The notes under the pieces are model-generated. The model made no database searches and was not told the origin of the DNA. It saw nothing but the letters and a program-made list of their open reading frames with translations. This document shows, piece by piece, positions 50,478-60,593 of a DNA stretch of 64,000 nucleotides (positions are counted from its first letter, which is position 1; each line of letters starts with the position of its first letter). This stretch comes from Candidatus Levyibacteriota bacterium (GTDB taxonomy: Bacteria > Patescibacteriota > Microgenomatia > Levybacterales > UBA12049), in contig JACOXU010000001.1 of assembly GCA_016182185.1 (NCBI GenBank), forward strand, positions 466,915 through 530,914, written 5' to 3'. A program made the translations under genes and the position numbers.

Positions 50478-51090
50478 AACAAACAAAATTAAAGAAACTT
50501 TCAAAAATATAAAAATTAGTAAATATTTTGAATTGCTACCAGATTTCAAAAATGAAAATGCTCAAAAATTTACAAGTCTTGTTCTAACTATTGTTGCCTT
50601 ATCGTTTTTAGGTTTGTTTGCCGTTGGCCCTACGCTCTCAACTATTGCCCGGTTAAATAAAGAGTTGGCCGACAATAAAAGAACAGATCAAGAGTTACAG
50701 CAGAAAATATCAAACTTGTCTATCCTTCAGCAAAAGTACAATTCCCTACTCGGAGATTTGCCTGTTATTCTTTCTTCCATTCCTAGTAATTCCGAAGTCC
50801 CGCTTTTCCTTGCTCAAATTCAATCGCTGGCAAGATCTTCGGGGATTGAAATTACATCTTTACAGAGTTTTCAAATTGAAGCAGTAAGTCCCAAAAATAC
50901 AAATAAAAAATATTCTTCTTATTCTTTTACATTTTCAGCCAATGGTTCTTACGAAAACATATCAAAATTTATATCATCACTTTTGACTATGCAAAGGATA
51001 GTATTGATTGATAATTTGTCGATAAGTAAAAGCAACCAGACAGGACTTTTACAGACAACTCTTAGGGGAGTCGTGTATTTCAAGGAGTAA
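50470..51090 (+). CDS. Type IV pilus assembly PilO-like protein (start ATG 50470)
   Basis: TM helix, coiled coil, IPSNSEVPLFLAQIQ, GSYENISKFI...RIVLIDNLSI. Confidence 0.8.
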   Translation: MNKTNKIKETFKNIKISKYFELLPDFKNENAQKFTSLVLTIVALSFLGLFAVGPTLSTIARLNKELADNKRTDQELQQKISNLSILQQKYNSLLGDLPVILSSIPSNSEVPLFLAQIQSLARSSGIEITSLQSFQIEAVSPKNTNKKYSSYSFTFSANGSYENISKFISSLLTMQRIVLIDNLSISKSNQTGLLQTTLRGVVYFKE

Positions 51091-51094
51091 TTAA

Positions 51095-51448
51095 ATGAAA
51101 CAACGAGACATATTGTTAATTCTAATTCCTACTCTTTTTTTGGTAGTTTTATGGGTAATCTTTAATATTTATCATAATTCCGTCAATAGCACGGTCTCAA
51201 AAAATATCGCAGCGGAGGTAGTTCCGATTGATCCTGATTTTGATTTTCAAACAATAGAAAATCTTAAAAAAAGAGATATAATTCAACCAGTTTATGAGTT
51301 ATCACCTGTAACTACTCCCTCTTCACCAATCAATGTAATTAATCAGGCAACTTCTTCAGCAACTGAGGAACCGGCAAATATAACTGCCCCGATAGAAATA
51401 CCAATTGAAACCGAATCCGAGCCTTCGCAAGACATAACTTCACCATGA
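51095..51448 (+). CDS. Hypothetical membrane-anchored protein
   Basis: One TM helix, Pro/Thr/Glu-rich tail; in operon with pilN/pilO-like genes. Confidence 0.65.
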   Translation: MKQRDILLILIPTLFLVVLWVIFNIYHNSVNSTVSKNIAAEVVPIDPDFDFQTIENLKKRDIIQPVYELSPVTTPSSPINVINQATSSATEEPANITAPIEIPIETESEPSQDITSP

Positions 51449-52806
51449 GATACTCATTCTGGAATAAGAGAATACCTACCATTCTGGGTTTAATCTTGCT
51501 TTCTGTTGGAATAGGAATTACCACATTTCTAGCTGGTAAGGGAGTGAACCTTACAAGTATTGCTGGTCCCTCCGAAGTCCCAACCGATATTAGAATAACG
51601 AATATAACCGACTCCTCTTTCACAGTTTCTTATGCTACGACTGATAATGTTTTAGGGTCTGTAAATTTCGGAAGGGACAACAATATGGACGGGATTGCCT
51701 TTGATGATCGGGACCAAAGTAGCAATACTCCAACTCAACACAAAATACACAGTATCACAGTAAAAAATCTGACTCCTTCATCTACTTATCACTTTTCTAT
51801 AAAATCGGGATCTGAAACATTTTTACAAAACGATTCCCCATTTACTGTAACGACAGCATCCCCTATCGAAGGCTCGGTGCCAGAAGAAAAAAATCTCACC
51901 GGAAATTTAGTTCTACCTGATGGTAATGTTCCTAAAGAGGCAATAGTATATCTTGCGTCTTTAGAAACTCAAGCAATTTCTAGCATAGTTCAGACTGATG
52001 GCACTTATTCATTGCCTTTAAGCTTCTTGCGAAATAGAGATCTCTTATCGTATTTTTTTACTTCGGAGAGTACGGTTTTTGATTTACTTATTAAAGGAGA
52101 TAATTTGTCTTCAGGCATCAAAATATCTGGACAGTCAAATAAAATTCCGACTGTTACTTTATCAAACGATTACGATTTTACTCAAAATATTAGCCCTATA
52201 ATTACTCAACCTGCATCATCACTTCTCCCAATACCCTTGTCTTCCATTTCTTCGGATAATCCAGTAATACTAATTCCTAAAAAAAATCAAGGATTTACAG
52301 ATCAACAGCCGCGATTTAGCGGAACAGCACCTCCGAACAGCGAAGTTGTGATCGAGATTCATTCCGAAGAGGCAATAAAAGCCCAGGTCCTAGCGGATGT
52401 AAGCGGAAACTGGACATACCGTCCGCCTAACCCTCTCTCACCAGGTGAGCATACAATAACAATTATTACTCGGACTGCCTCAGGAATCTTAAGAACTGTG
52501 ACTCAGTCATTCGTAGTATTTGCTCAAGGAGAACAGGTTCAGGAATCGGCTACTCCATCTGCCACTCCAACCATAACCATATCTGTTAATCCAACTCAAA
52601 TGCCTACGCAAGCTCCCACAATTACAACTGTCCCTACTATCACAGTGGTTCCTACTCTTCCTCCGGTTGCTTCTGTCTCTCCCACAATTCCGCCTATTCC
52701 GCCTCCTGGAAATTCAACCGCAGTAGCTGTCGGTATTTTAGGTATAGTAACGACTGTTGTTGGTATGCTATTATTTCTTCTCTCCCGCGGCAACATATCC
52801 TTATGA
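51445..52806 (+). CDS. Surface protein with FN3-like and bacterial Ig-like domains
   Basis: IRITNITDSSFTVSY, HSITVKNLTPSSTYHF, PRFSGTAPPNS...GNWTY...LSPGEHTITI, PT-rich stalk, C-terminal TM. Confidence 0.8.
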   Translation: MRYSFWNKRIPTILGLILLSVGIGITTFLAGKGVNLTSIAGPSEVPTDIRITNITDSSFTVSYATTDNVLGSVNFGRDNNMDGIAFDDRDQSSNTPTQHKIHSITVKNLTPSSTYHFSIKSGSETFLQNDSPFTVTTASPIEGSVPEEKNLTGNLVLPDGNVPKEAIVYLASLETQAISSIVQTDGTYSLPLSFLRNRDLLSYFFTSESTVFDLLIKGDNLSSGIKISGQSNKIPTVTLSNDYDFTQNISPIITQPASSLLPIPLSSISSDNPVILIPKKNQGFTDQQPRFSGTAPPNSEVVIEIHSEEAIKAQVLADVSGNWTYRPPNPLSPGEHTITIITRTASGILRTVTQSFVVFAQGEQVQESATPSATPTITISVNPTQMPTQAPTITTVPTITVVPTLPPVASVSPTIPPIPPPGNSTAVAVGILGIVTTVVGMLLFLLSRGNISL

Positions 52807-54089
52807 AAATCGCGATAATCGGGGCTGGTTTTACCGGTCTTTCAGCTGCCTTTGAATTAACAAAGAAAAAACATAAGGTTTCGGTCTTTGAAAAAGATAA
52901 CAATCCGGGCGGACTTGCTGTTGGTTTTGAAGAAAAAAAATGGAATTGGTCGCTTGAGAAACATTACCATCATTGGTTCACCAATGACCATAATGTCCTA
53001 GGCCTTGCAAAAGAAATAAAATTTGATGTTATAACTGAACGACCTAAGACTTCCATTTTTTTAGACAACAGCATATATCAGCTTGATTCTCCGATGAATG
53101 TTTTGACTTTCCCTCGTATATCTTTCTTTGACCGACTAAGAATGGCGGGAGTATTAGGATTTCTACGTTATAACCCTTATTGGAAAATGCTTGAGGGTAT
53201 AAAAACAGATAGATTTTTACGAGAGGCAATGGGAGAAAATGTATATAAAAAAATTTGGGAGCCACAGCTTAAAAATAAATTTGGAAATTATGCCAATGAC
53301 ATTGCTCTTTCTTGGTTTTGGGCAAGAATTAAGAAAAGAACTCCAGCACTTTCCTATCCTCAAGGCGGATTTTTGCAGTTTGCCGAAACTCTTGTTGCTA
53401 AAATTAAAAAAAACGGCGGCAAATTTTACTTCAATACAGAAGCAAAAGAAATTAAAAATAATACAAGGGTAAATATTAAATATAAAATGATCAATGATCA
53501 ATGGTCTTATGAAGATTTTGATGCGGCAATAGTTACTTTACCATCTTTCTTCTTTGTAAAAATAGCGCCGGGTCTCCCAGAGAATTACAAAAAAAAATTA
53601 TTATCTCTTAAGGGATTGGGGGCAATAAATTTATTGCTTAGACTCAAGAAAAAATTTTTAACTGACGATACATATTGGCTAAGTATCTGTGATCGAAATT
53701 CGCCAATTATGGCTATGGTTGAGCACACAAACTTCATGGATAAAAAGTTTTATAACAATGAGCATATTGTTTATCTGGGTAATTACTTGTCTTTTGATCA
53801 TCCATACATGAAAATGACTAAAGATGAACTCCTGAAAATTTATCATCCTTTTCTTAAAAAAATAAACCCCAATTATCAACTTTCAATTATCAATTCTCAT
53901 CTTTTCAAAACTCCATTTGCCCAGCCGATTATTCCGATTAATTATTCCAAGAAAGTTCCGCCTTTTGAAACTCCTTTTAAAAATGTTTACCTTGCAAATA
54001 TCCAGCAGGTCTATCCCTGGGATAGGGGCACGAACTACGCTGTAGAACTTGGCCAGAAAATCGCAAAACTTATAACAATTAAACAATGA
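52803..54089 (+). CDS. FAD-dependent oxidoreductase (amine oxidase / HemY-like family)
   Basis: MKIAIIGAGFTGLSAA, EKDNNPGGLA, LEKHYHHWF, YPWDRGTNYAV. Confidence 0.88.
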   Translation: MKIAIIGAGFTGLSAAFELTKKKHKVSVFEKDNNPGGLAVGFEEKKWNWSLEKHYHHWFTNDHNVLGLAKEIKFDVITERPKTSIFLDNSIYQLDSPMNVLTFPRISFFDRLRMAGVLGFLRYNPYWKMLEGIKTDRFLREAMGENVYKKIWEPQLKNKFGNYANDIALSWFWARIKKRTPALSYPQGGFLQFAETLVAKIKKNGGKFYFNTEAKEIKNNTRVNIKYKMINDQWSYEDFDAAIVTLPSFFFVKIAPGLPENYKKKLLSLKGLGAINLLLRLKKKFLTDDTYWLSICDRNSPIMAMVEHTNFMDKKFYNNEHIVYLGNYLSFDHPYMKMTKDELLKIYHPFLKKINPNYQLSIINSHLFKTPFAQPIIPINYSKKVPPFETPFKNVYLANIQQVYPWDRGTNYAVELGQKIAKLITIKQ

Positions 54090-55768
54090 GGCAATTTAAC
54101 AATCTCTTGAATGTAAAACGCTCTTTCAAAATTATTAAAAAAAATGCATTAGAGATTTTATTTGTAATATCTTCTTTAGTCTTCAGTTTTTGGCTCATGT
54201 TCTCTACCTTTTCCTACCAAAACGGGTCATTTCGGATATCATCAAAAGTATGGAGCGATTTTGCCAGTGCCCTTCCATTAATTCGTTCATTCTCCCAAGG
54301 TGCAAATTTTCCCCCAGAATATCCATTATTTCCCGGAGAGCCAATTAGATACCACTTTCTTTTTTATTTAATGGTTGGAGGATTGGAAAAAATCGGATTT
54401 CCGATAGATTTTTCCTTAAATATTTTAAGCAGCATTTCATTTTTATTCTTAATGATGATGATTTATTTATTGGCAAAAAAAATGTTCAATAGCAAATCTG
54501 TTGGAATATTGTCGGTCGTTCTTTTTCTATTCAATGGATCTCTATCTTTTATTGAGTTCTTCAGGCTTCATCCACCGTCATTAAATACAATCAATGATAT
54601 TATCATCAACGTAAATTTTCCTTCTTTTGGACCCTATGATGGTAAGATCGTCTCTGCTTTTTGGAATTTAAATATTTATACCAATCAACGACATTTGGCT
54701 CTTTCCTTCGCATTATTATTATTTTTAATATACCTAAACTACCCAACTCAATTTTTAAAAAAGAATATTTTTTTAATATCGATCAATTCTTTTCTAGTAG
54801 TAACTCTTTTTTTTCTAAATCAACCTGCATTTATGATTGCCCTTCTTTTTCTTCTATTTTTCTTAATTTTTGAAATTAAAAAAATATTAAATTTTGGTAT
54901 CCCATTTGTAATCGGCGTGATCTTATTTTTTATTTATTCACTTTCCTTTTCTTTACAAAGCTTGAGTTTAAGATTAGGATTTTTAACCCCTGCCCCCCTA
55001 AATGCGATATCTTTTCTTAATTATTGGATAAGTAATTTCGGTTTATATCTTATTTTGATACCGGTTAGTTTTTTAATAATTCCCAAAAAATTAAGGTTAT
55101 TCCTGCTGCCTTTACTCGTACTTTTTCTGGCCGGAAATCTTTTTCAATTTTCAAGAGACATTATAAATAATCATAAGTTTTTTAATTTCATTCTAATTGT
55201 CGGGGGGATTTTTGTCAGCAATCTAATAGTTTCTGTTTGGAAAAAAGGGAAAATTATAAATAAAACAGCTTGTGTAATTATTTTTACAGTTCTTGTTCTA
55301 TCTGGGATTATTGATCTTATGCCTATCAAAAATGATAGCATAATAATCATGCAAGATGCGCCTAATAATCCAGACATTGCTTTTATTTTAAACAACACAA
55401 ATCCAAAGGATATAATTTTAAATAGCAGATTTTTATATCACCCTGCTTCCCTAGCAGGAAGACCAATTTTTTATGGATACCCTTATTTTGCCTGGTCTTA
55501 CGGATATAACACCCAGGAGCGTGAAAGGATTTATTTAGAAATATTTAGATCGCCGTCAAAACAAACGGCATGCAATCTGCTTAAAAAGTACAACATTTCG
55601 TATATTGAGCTGAGTGATGTTCCCGAGGAATTTATAAATCCCAATCTGGATTTATGGGAGAAAGAATTCAAAAAAATATACTACAATTCTTCGAGTGATT
55701 ATGCCTTATATGATGTGGCTGATTCCTGTTTATCTATAAATTCCTCTCAAACTATTAAATCTAATTAA
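54086..55768 (+). CDS. Polytopic membrane protein, probable GT-C glycosyltransferase
   Basis: WSDFASALPLIRSF, YHFLFY, many TM helices, C-terminal LAGRPIFYGY domain. Confidence 0.6.
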   Translation: MRQFNNLLNVKRSFKIIKKNALEILFVISSLVFSFWLMFSTFSYQNGSFRISSKVWSDFASALPLIRSFSQGANFPPEYPLFPGEPIRYHFLFYLMVGGLEKIGFPIDFSLNILSSISFLFLMMMIYLLAKKMFNSKSVGILSVVLFLFNGSLSFIEFFRLHPPSLNTINDIIINVNFPSFGPYDGKIVSAFWNLNIYTNQRHLALSFALLLFLIYLNYPTQFLKKNIFLISINSFLVVTLFFLNQPAFMIALLFLLFFLIFEIKKILNFGIPFVIGVILFFIYSLSFSLQSLSLRLGFLTPAPLNAISFLNYWISNFGLYLILIPVSFLIIPKKLRLFLLPLLVLFLAGNLFQFSRDIINNHKFFNFILIVGGIFVSNLIVSVWKKGKIINKTACVIIFTVLVLSGIIDLMPIKNDSIIIMQDAPNNPDIAFILNNTNPKDIILNSRFLYHPASLAGRPIFYGYPYFAWSYGYNTQERERIYLEIFRSPSKQTACNLLKKYNISYIELSDVPEEFINPNLDLWEKEFKKIYYNSSSDYALYDVADSCLSINSSQTIKSN

Positions 55769-56452
55769 TATCAAATCTATTAATGATCTGATAATATCTT
55801 CCGGAAACTTTACTTTTGTATTAATATTATGAGACCAGCTGATAGGAGCTTCATAAATTTTGTGTTCTAACTTGTTTGCAATAAAGAGTATTTCTGAATC
55901 AAATCCCCATCTGTTAATTCTTGATTTTTGGAAAATTTTTCCTGCTGCCTTTTCTCTGAACATTTTAAATCCGCAAGTGAAATCTGAAATTTCAAGAGAT
56001 AGAGTTTTTTGTGACAAAAAAGTAAAAAATCTTCCCATAAGTTCTCGTATGATTGGTTGATGAAGAATTATTTTGGATTTTGCAACTCTCCTTGAACCTA
56101 TTACAACTTGATTAAATTCTGCGAATTTCATCAATTTGCTACACTCCTCAATTGGAACAGAAAGATCAATATCAGTAAACAAACGAAGTTTTCCCTGAGC
56201 CTTAAGCATACCGATCTTCACCGCATATCCTTTTCCCTTATTCTCTTTGTAGGAAATTATTTTAAATTTCAGTTTTTTTCTCAAATCATCCAATATGTTT
56301 TTTGTACTATCATTACTTCCATCATTTACAACAATTAATTCTGTTTTAACTTTTAACTTCTTCAAATAAGAAGCAATCGTCGATAGATTATCTAATCGAT
56401 TAGACTCGTTATAAATAGGAACTATAATTGAGAGGTAGGGTTTTTCCTTCAT
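55730..56452 (-). CDS. Polyprenol-phosphate glycosyltransferase (DPM/DPG synthase-like GT2); start ATG 56452
   Basis: LSIIVPIYNE, VVNDGSND, NKGKGYAV, FTDID, DFTCGFK, WGFDSE. Confidence 0.9.
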   Translation of the reverse strand: MKEKPYLSIIVPIYNESNRLDNLSTIASYLKKLKVKTELIVVNDGSNDSTKNILDDLRKKLKFKIISYKENKGKGYAVKIGMLKAQGKLRLFTDIDLSVPIEECSKLMKFAEFNQVVIGSRRVAKSKIILHQPIIRELMGRFFTFLSQKTLSLEISDFTCGFKMFREKAAGKIFQKSRINRWGFDSEILFIANKLEHKIYEAPISWSHNINTKVKFPEDIIRSLIDLILIRFNSLRGIYR

Positions 56453-56457
56453 GTTCT

Positions 56458-58170
56458 TCAATAGGCAGGGTTGTTCTGGGCAAGTCCAGTTCTCAATATA
56501 CAAACAAGATAGGATGGATTTTGAAATATAATACTCTTGCATAATTCAGAAACTTTTGTCTTAACATAGCCTGGAGGCTCAAACGACCAAGGACCTTGTT
56601 GGTACGGACCGATTATTAAATATGACTCTCCGCCATCTGGATTTTGCTGATTCAAATAAAAATATCTATTCAGTGAATAGAAGACCTTGTCGACCAATGG
56701 CGAAACTTCGGCCATGATAAACCACCCGAGATAATAAACTCTATCTTTCTGTCCTATATTATTTCTGAAAAAAGAAACTAATTCTTTCTGCTCTGAAAGT
56801 GAAAGAATAGGGTTGCTGGGAAATCCCTGCAAGCCTCTGATATTTCTATTCATATTCCATTTTTCAATTGTTGCCGAGCTTAAAACAGGTTTAATTATGG
56901 TACTTTCTGATTTTATTAAATTTAATATGAGAATAAAAAGTATAAATGCAAAGATTATTTTTTTAATTTTTAATCCAAGTAAATATTTATTATAAATTAT
57001 CCCAAGCCCAATACTGACCAGTGCCATACCAAGCATAATACCTTGCCATGCATGTCTTGCCCATCCAGTAGGAGAAAAAAATATAAACCAGATAAATGAA
57101 ATAAGAGAAGATGTGTACAGTGAAATTACCAAAACTTTATAACTCTTATTAATAAATTTTATAAACAATAAAGGAAGGGTTAAGAAAAATAACCAAGTTA
57201 CTAAAGAGTTTTTAATCGCTACATCTTTCGAAATTTGATACTTTTTATAAATAAATTCCCAATCAAATTTTAATAAATTATCAATTCCGCTCCCGTTTGA
57301 CTGAAAATGAATTTTATAATCCATCTGAACTGCGGCAACCCCGGCAGTCCCAAAATGAGAAAAAAGATATGAATCGCGGTAAAAATCAAATCCTTTGTAA
57401 AATAAGAAAAATCCGGCCATAAAGAGGATCCATAAAAATATCACGTGTTTTGCATGCTTTTTAAGAGTTTTCCGAATGTTCCAAAAATCTGTAAAGAAAA
57501 ATATGCCAACTGCTAATCCCGGTAAGAAAAACAATGTCTTTGTCAAAACTGAAAAAGAAAGAAAAACTCCTGCAAGGAAATATAACAGATTTCTTTTCGA
57601 ACCTTTGGCAATAAATAGCAAAAGAAAACTTATAATCAGAAACAAAAGCGCAATGTGTTCGGAGAACGATTCATAAGCATAAGTAGTATAAAATTGTGGG
57701 ACAATCCATAACCAGAGTTGAAAAATTATAAGAGATATGACTCCGCCTAATTTATAAACAAGAAGAAAAAGAATAAATAATAATCCTGTAAAAGCGATCA
57801 GGGGCCAGAGTCTATATTGCCAAAAATCATATCCGAAGATTTTAAGAAAAAAAGCCTGCGGAACTACATATCCGGGTCCTACTGTTACTCCTGCCGGGAA
57901 ATAGGAGTACCCATCTCTATCCTGAACAGAGAATCTACCATGGAGACTCGGATGAGCACCGGGTGAATTCTCCGTAATCGTATTTGTATATGATGCATAA
58001 ATTCCACGTAGAGCTAGATTTTTTGCAACTCCCAAATACCACCCGCTATCATGCTCTACTCCTCCAAAACTCCCTGCAAAAAGAAGAATACGCCCTAAAA
58101 AAATAAAAACAACCAGAGTTATATAAATTAAAATATTCCAATTATGCTCTTTAAATTTTACCAGGATCAT
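56458..58170 (-). CDS. GT-C type membrane glycosyltransferase
   Basis: EHDSGWY acidic loop after the first TM helix, many TM helices, soluble C-terminal domain; adjacent to the DPM-like GT2. Confidence 0.65.
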   Translation of the reverse strand: MILVKFKEHNWNILIYITLVVFIFLGRILLFAGSFGGVEHDSGWYLGVAKNLALRGIYASYTNTITENSPGAHPSLHGRFSVQDRDGYSYFPAGVTVGPGYVVPQAFFLKIFGYDFWQYRLWPLIAFTGLLFILFLLVYKLGGVISLIIFQLWLWIVPQFYTTYAYESFSEHIALLFLIISFLLLFIAKGSKRNLLYFLAGVFLSFSVLTKTLFFLPGLAVGIFFFTDFWNIRKTLKKHAKHVIFLWILFMAGFFLFYKGFDFYRDSYLFSHFGTAGVAAVQMDYKIHFQSNGSGIDNLLKFDWEFIYKKYQISKDVAIKNSLVTWLFFLTLPLLFIKFINKSYKVLVISLYTSSLISFIWFIFFSPTGWARHAWQGIMLGMALVSIGLGIIYNKYLLGLKIKKIIFAFILFILILNLIKSESTIIKPVLSSATIEKWNMNRNIRGLQGFPSNPILSLSEQKELVSFFRNNIGQKDRVYYLGWFIMAEVSPLVDKVFYSLNRYFYLNQQNPDGGESYLIIGPYQQGPWSFEPPGYVKTKVSELCKSIIFQNPSYLVCILRTGLAQNNPAY

Positions 58171-58226
58171 TTATTTAATAGTCTATGGGTATCATTATAT
58201 GGTAATATTATTTAAAATAAAACAGT

Positions 58227-60593
58227 ATGGTCGACCTAGTAATTTTTCGGTGGTGGGTTACGATTTTTTTAGCTGGAATTATCTTTCTTCCGCTTACTGT
58301 AAAACTTTTCTCAAGTTTTTTTGACAAAGGATACATCTTCTCAAAAATAATCGGCATTGCAATTATTTCCTATACAGTTTTTATACTTGGAATTTTCCAT
58401 ATTGCTCCATTTACTTTTATAACTATTCTTTCAGTAGGATTTATTTTTTTCTTATTAAATTATTTCTTGTTTAGAAAATCGCTTATTAAAATACTTACAA
58501 AAAGATGGCTCATATTCCTTATTGAGGAATTAATATTTATCTTGTCACTTTTGTTATGGTCATTTGTAAAATCTTATCAGCCTGATATTCACGGCCTGGA
58601 AAAATATATGGATTTTGGTTTTGTTAATTCAATCTTACGCAGTGACTACTTTCCGCCAGCCGATATGTGGTTCACCCCATTTCCAATAAATTACTATTAC
58701 TTTGGACATTTGGCAACTGCAGTTTTGACAAAGTTGTCTAATATCTCTTCGAATATCACTTATAATCTCATGCTCTCGTCTATCTTTGCCTTCACATTTG
58801 CTGCCTCTTTCTCAATCGGAGGAAACCTAGTATATAAACTCAAAAATCAAAACTCAAAAGTCAAAAATATTGTACAAAATTTTAAAATTATACTTTCTGG
58901 ACTATTAACTGCGTTTCTTGTCTCTTTTGCAGGAAATCTCCAGGTAATTTACTCTTTCTTCAAACCTTATCAAAATGAAAATCCTCTTCCTTTTTGGCAG
59001 TTGCCCCTTTCTCTTGAGTCTTTCCCAAATTCATATTGGTATCCTAATGCAACAAGATTTATCTATAATACCATTCACGAGTTTCCTATTTATTCTTTTG
59101 TGGTTTCTGATCTTCATGGACACGTTTTGGATATCCCTTTTGTATTGTTAATAATCGCATTACTGCTGTCACTAATTACCAAATCACAAATCTCAAACCA
59201 CAAATCTCAAATAAATAACAATGCTCAAAATTCAAAACGTTCTAAGATTTGGAATTTAAAAAATTGGAATTTATTTGGAGCTTGGAATTTGAGATTTGGA
59301 AATTTACTGCTAATAAGTTTCTTATTAGCAGTTATGTATATGACTAATGTGTGGGACGGGATTATTTATTTTATGCTGACTGTTCTAGTTTTATTTTTGC
59401 CTGTCGCAAGCGCAATTAAGAACTCCAAGAACGATAAATTTACTTTTCTGAAATTTACATTTTACATTGCTTCTATTGGGATTCTATTTCTTATTTTTTC
59501 AGCCCCATTTAACTTGAATTTTAAGCCCTTTGCTTCAGGAATAGGAATTTTATGCCCCCCTGAATTTCTAATCGAGAAAGGAAAGATTGGCCCCTTTCTT
59601 TTTGAGCAAAATACTTGCCAGAGGTCGCCCTTATGGCAACTAATGTTGCTTTATGGATTTTTTTATTTCTGGGTAGTTACATTTCTTTTAACATTTGTTA
59701 AAAGAAAAAATCCTAAATCCGAAATCTCAAATCCCAAACAAACCCAAAATCACAAAGATCAAAATTACAAACGTTTTGAGTTTTTGAATTTTAGGAATTG
59801 GAATTTATTTAGGACTTGGAATTTTGAATTTGGAATTTTAAACCCCAGCGATATTTTCGTTATCTTATTGATTCTGCTTTCCACTCTACTAATCATTATC
59901 CCTGAATTTATTTATATCAAGGACATTTACCCTGCACATTATAGAGCAAATACTATGTTTAAACTTGTTTATCAATCATTTATCATGCTTTCGATTTCTT
60001 CAGGTTATATAATAGTTCGCTTAATTTTAGGATTAAAACTTCATTTTTCAAATCTTAAATCTTATTTGAGGCTTTCGGTTTTTCTTATCGGAGGAATGTT
60101 ATTAATTTTAGTATTTTTATATCCGCAATTTGCCATAGGCTCTTACTACAATAATTTCCAAACCAAGTCTGGCATAGATGGAACAAAATATCTTAAGAGT
60201 CTTTATCCAACAGATTACGAGGCCATTAATTGGATCAATAAAAAAATTAAAAATCAGCCTGTAATGCTTGAAGCTCAAGGTGATTCCTATACAGACTTTG
60301 CCAGAATATCTGCCAACACAGGTCTTCCGACGGTTCTGGGGTGGACCGTACATGAATGGCTTTGGAGAGGAACCTATGATATACCTGCCCCGCGAATTAC
60401 CGAGGTGAAAACTATCTATGAAACCCCAGATATAAATGTTGCAAAAAAGCTCATCAATAAATATAAAATCTTATATATATTTATTGGAAATTTGGAGTAC
60501 CAGCAGTATCCAAGTCTCAATGAATCAAAATTTAAAATATTGGGAACATTAGTCTATCAAAACGGCAGTACAAAAATTTATAAAATTAATTAG
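58227..60593 (+). CDS. DUF2298 / 'YYY' family membrane protein with in-frame repeat insertions
   Basis: EKYMDFGF, INYYYFGH, TIHEFP, DLHGH, RANTMFK, TGLPTVLGWTVHEWLWR. Confidence 0.85.
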   Translation: MVDLVIFRWWVTIFLAGIIFLPLTVKLFSSFFDKGYIFSKIIGIAIISYTVFILGIFHIAPFTFITILSVGFIFFLLNYFLFRKSLIKILTKRWLIFLIEELIFILSLLLWSFVKSYQPDIHGLEKYMDFGFVNSILRSDYFPPADMWFTPFPINYYYFGHLATAVLTKLSNISSNITYNLMLSSIFAFTFAASFSIGGNLVYKLKNQNSKVKNIVQNFKIILSGLLTAFLVSFAGNLQVIYSFFKPYQNENPLPFWQLPLSLESFPNSYWYPNATRFIYNTIHEFPIYSFVVSDLHGHVLDIPFVLLIIALLLSLITKSQISNHKSQINNNAQNSKRSKIWNLKNWNLFGAWNLRFGNLLLISFLLAVMYMTNVWDGIIYFMLTVLVLFLPVASAIKNSKNDKFTFLKFTFYIASIGILFLIFSAPFNLNFKPFASGIGILCPPEFLIEKGKIGPFLFEQNTCQRSPLWQLMLLYGFFYFWVVTFLLTFVKRKNPKSEISNPKQTQNHKDQNYKRFEFLNFRNWNLFRTWNFEFGILNPSDIFVILLILLSTLLIIIPEFIYIKDIYPAHYRANTMFKLVYQSFIMLSISSGYIIVRLILGLKLHFSNLKSYLRLSVFLIGGMLLILVFLYPQFAIGSYYNNFQTKSGIDGTKYLKSLYPTDYEAINWINKKIKNQPVMLEAQGDSYTDFARISANTGLPTVLGWTVHEWLWRGTYDIPAPRITEVKTIYETPDINVAKKLINKYKILYIFIGNLEYQQYPSLNESKFKILGTLVYQNGSTKIYKIN
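59180..59305. repeat. Heptamer-periodic imperfect palindrome, in-frame in the DUF2298-like gene (copy 1)
   Basis: CAAATCA CAAATCT CAAACCA CAAATCT ... AAACGTT ... TTGGAATTTGAGATTTGG; encodes KSQISNHKSQ...IWNLKNWNLFGAWNLRFGN. Confidence 0.85.
59707..59840. repeat. Heptamer-periodic imperfect palindrome, in-frame in the DUF2298-like gene (copy 2)
   Basis: AAATCCT AAATCCG AAATCTC AAATCCC ... AAACGTTT ... TTGGAATTTTGAATTTGGAATTT; encodes KNPKSEISNPKQ...NFRNWNLFRTWNFEFGI. Confidence 0.85.

Noticed and set aside
56453-56542. N-terminal extensions in the ORF track for the GT2 gene (also groES 43564-43590 and pilO-like 50449-50469)
   Set aside because: They overlap neighbouring genes or operators; family homology begins at the downstream ATG
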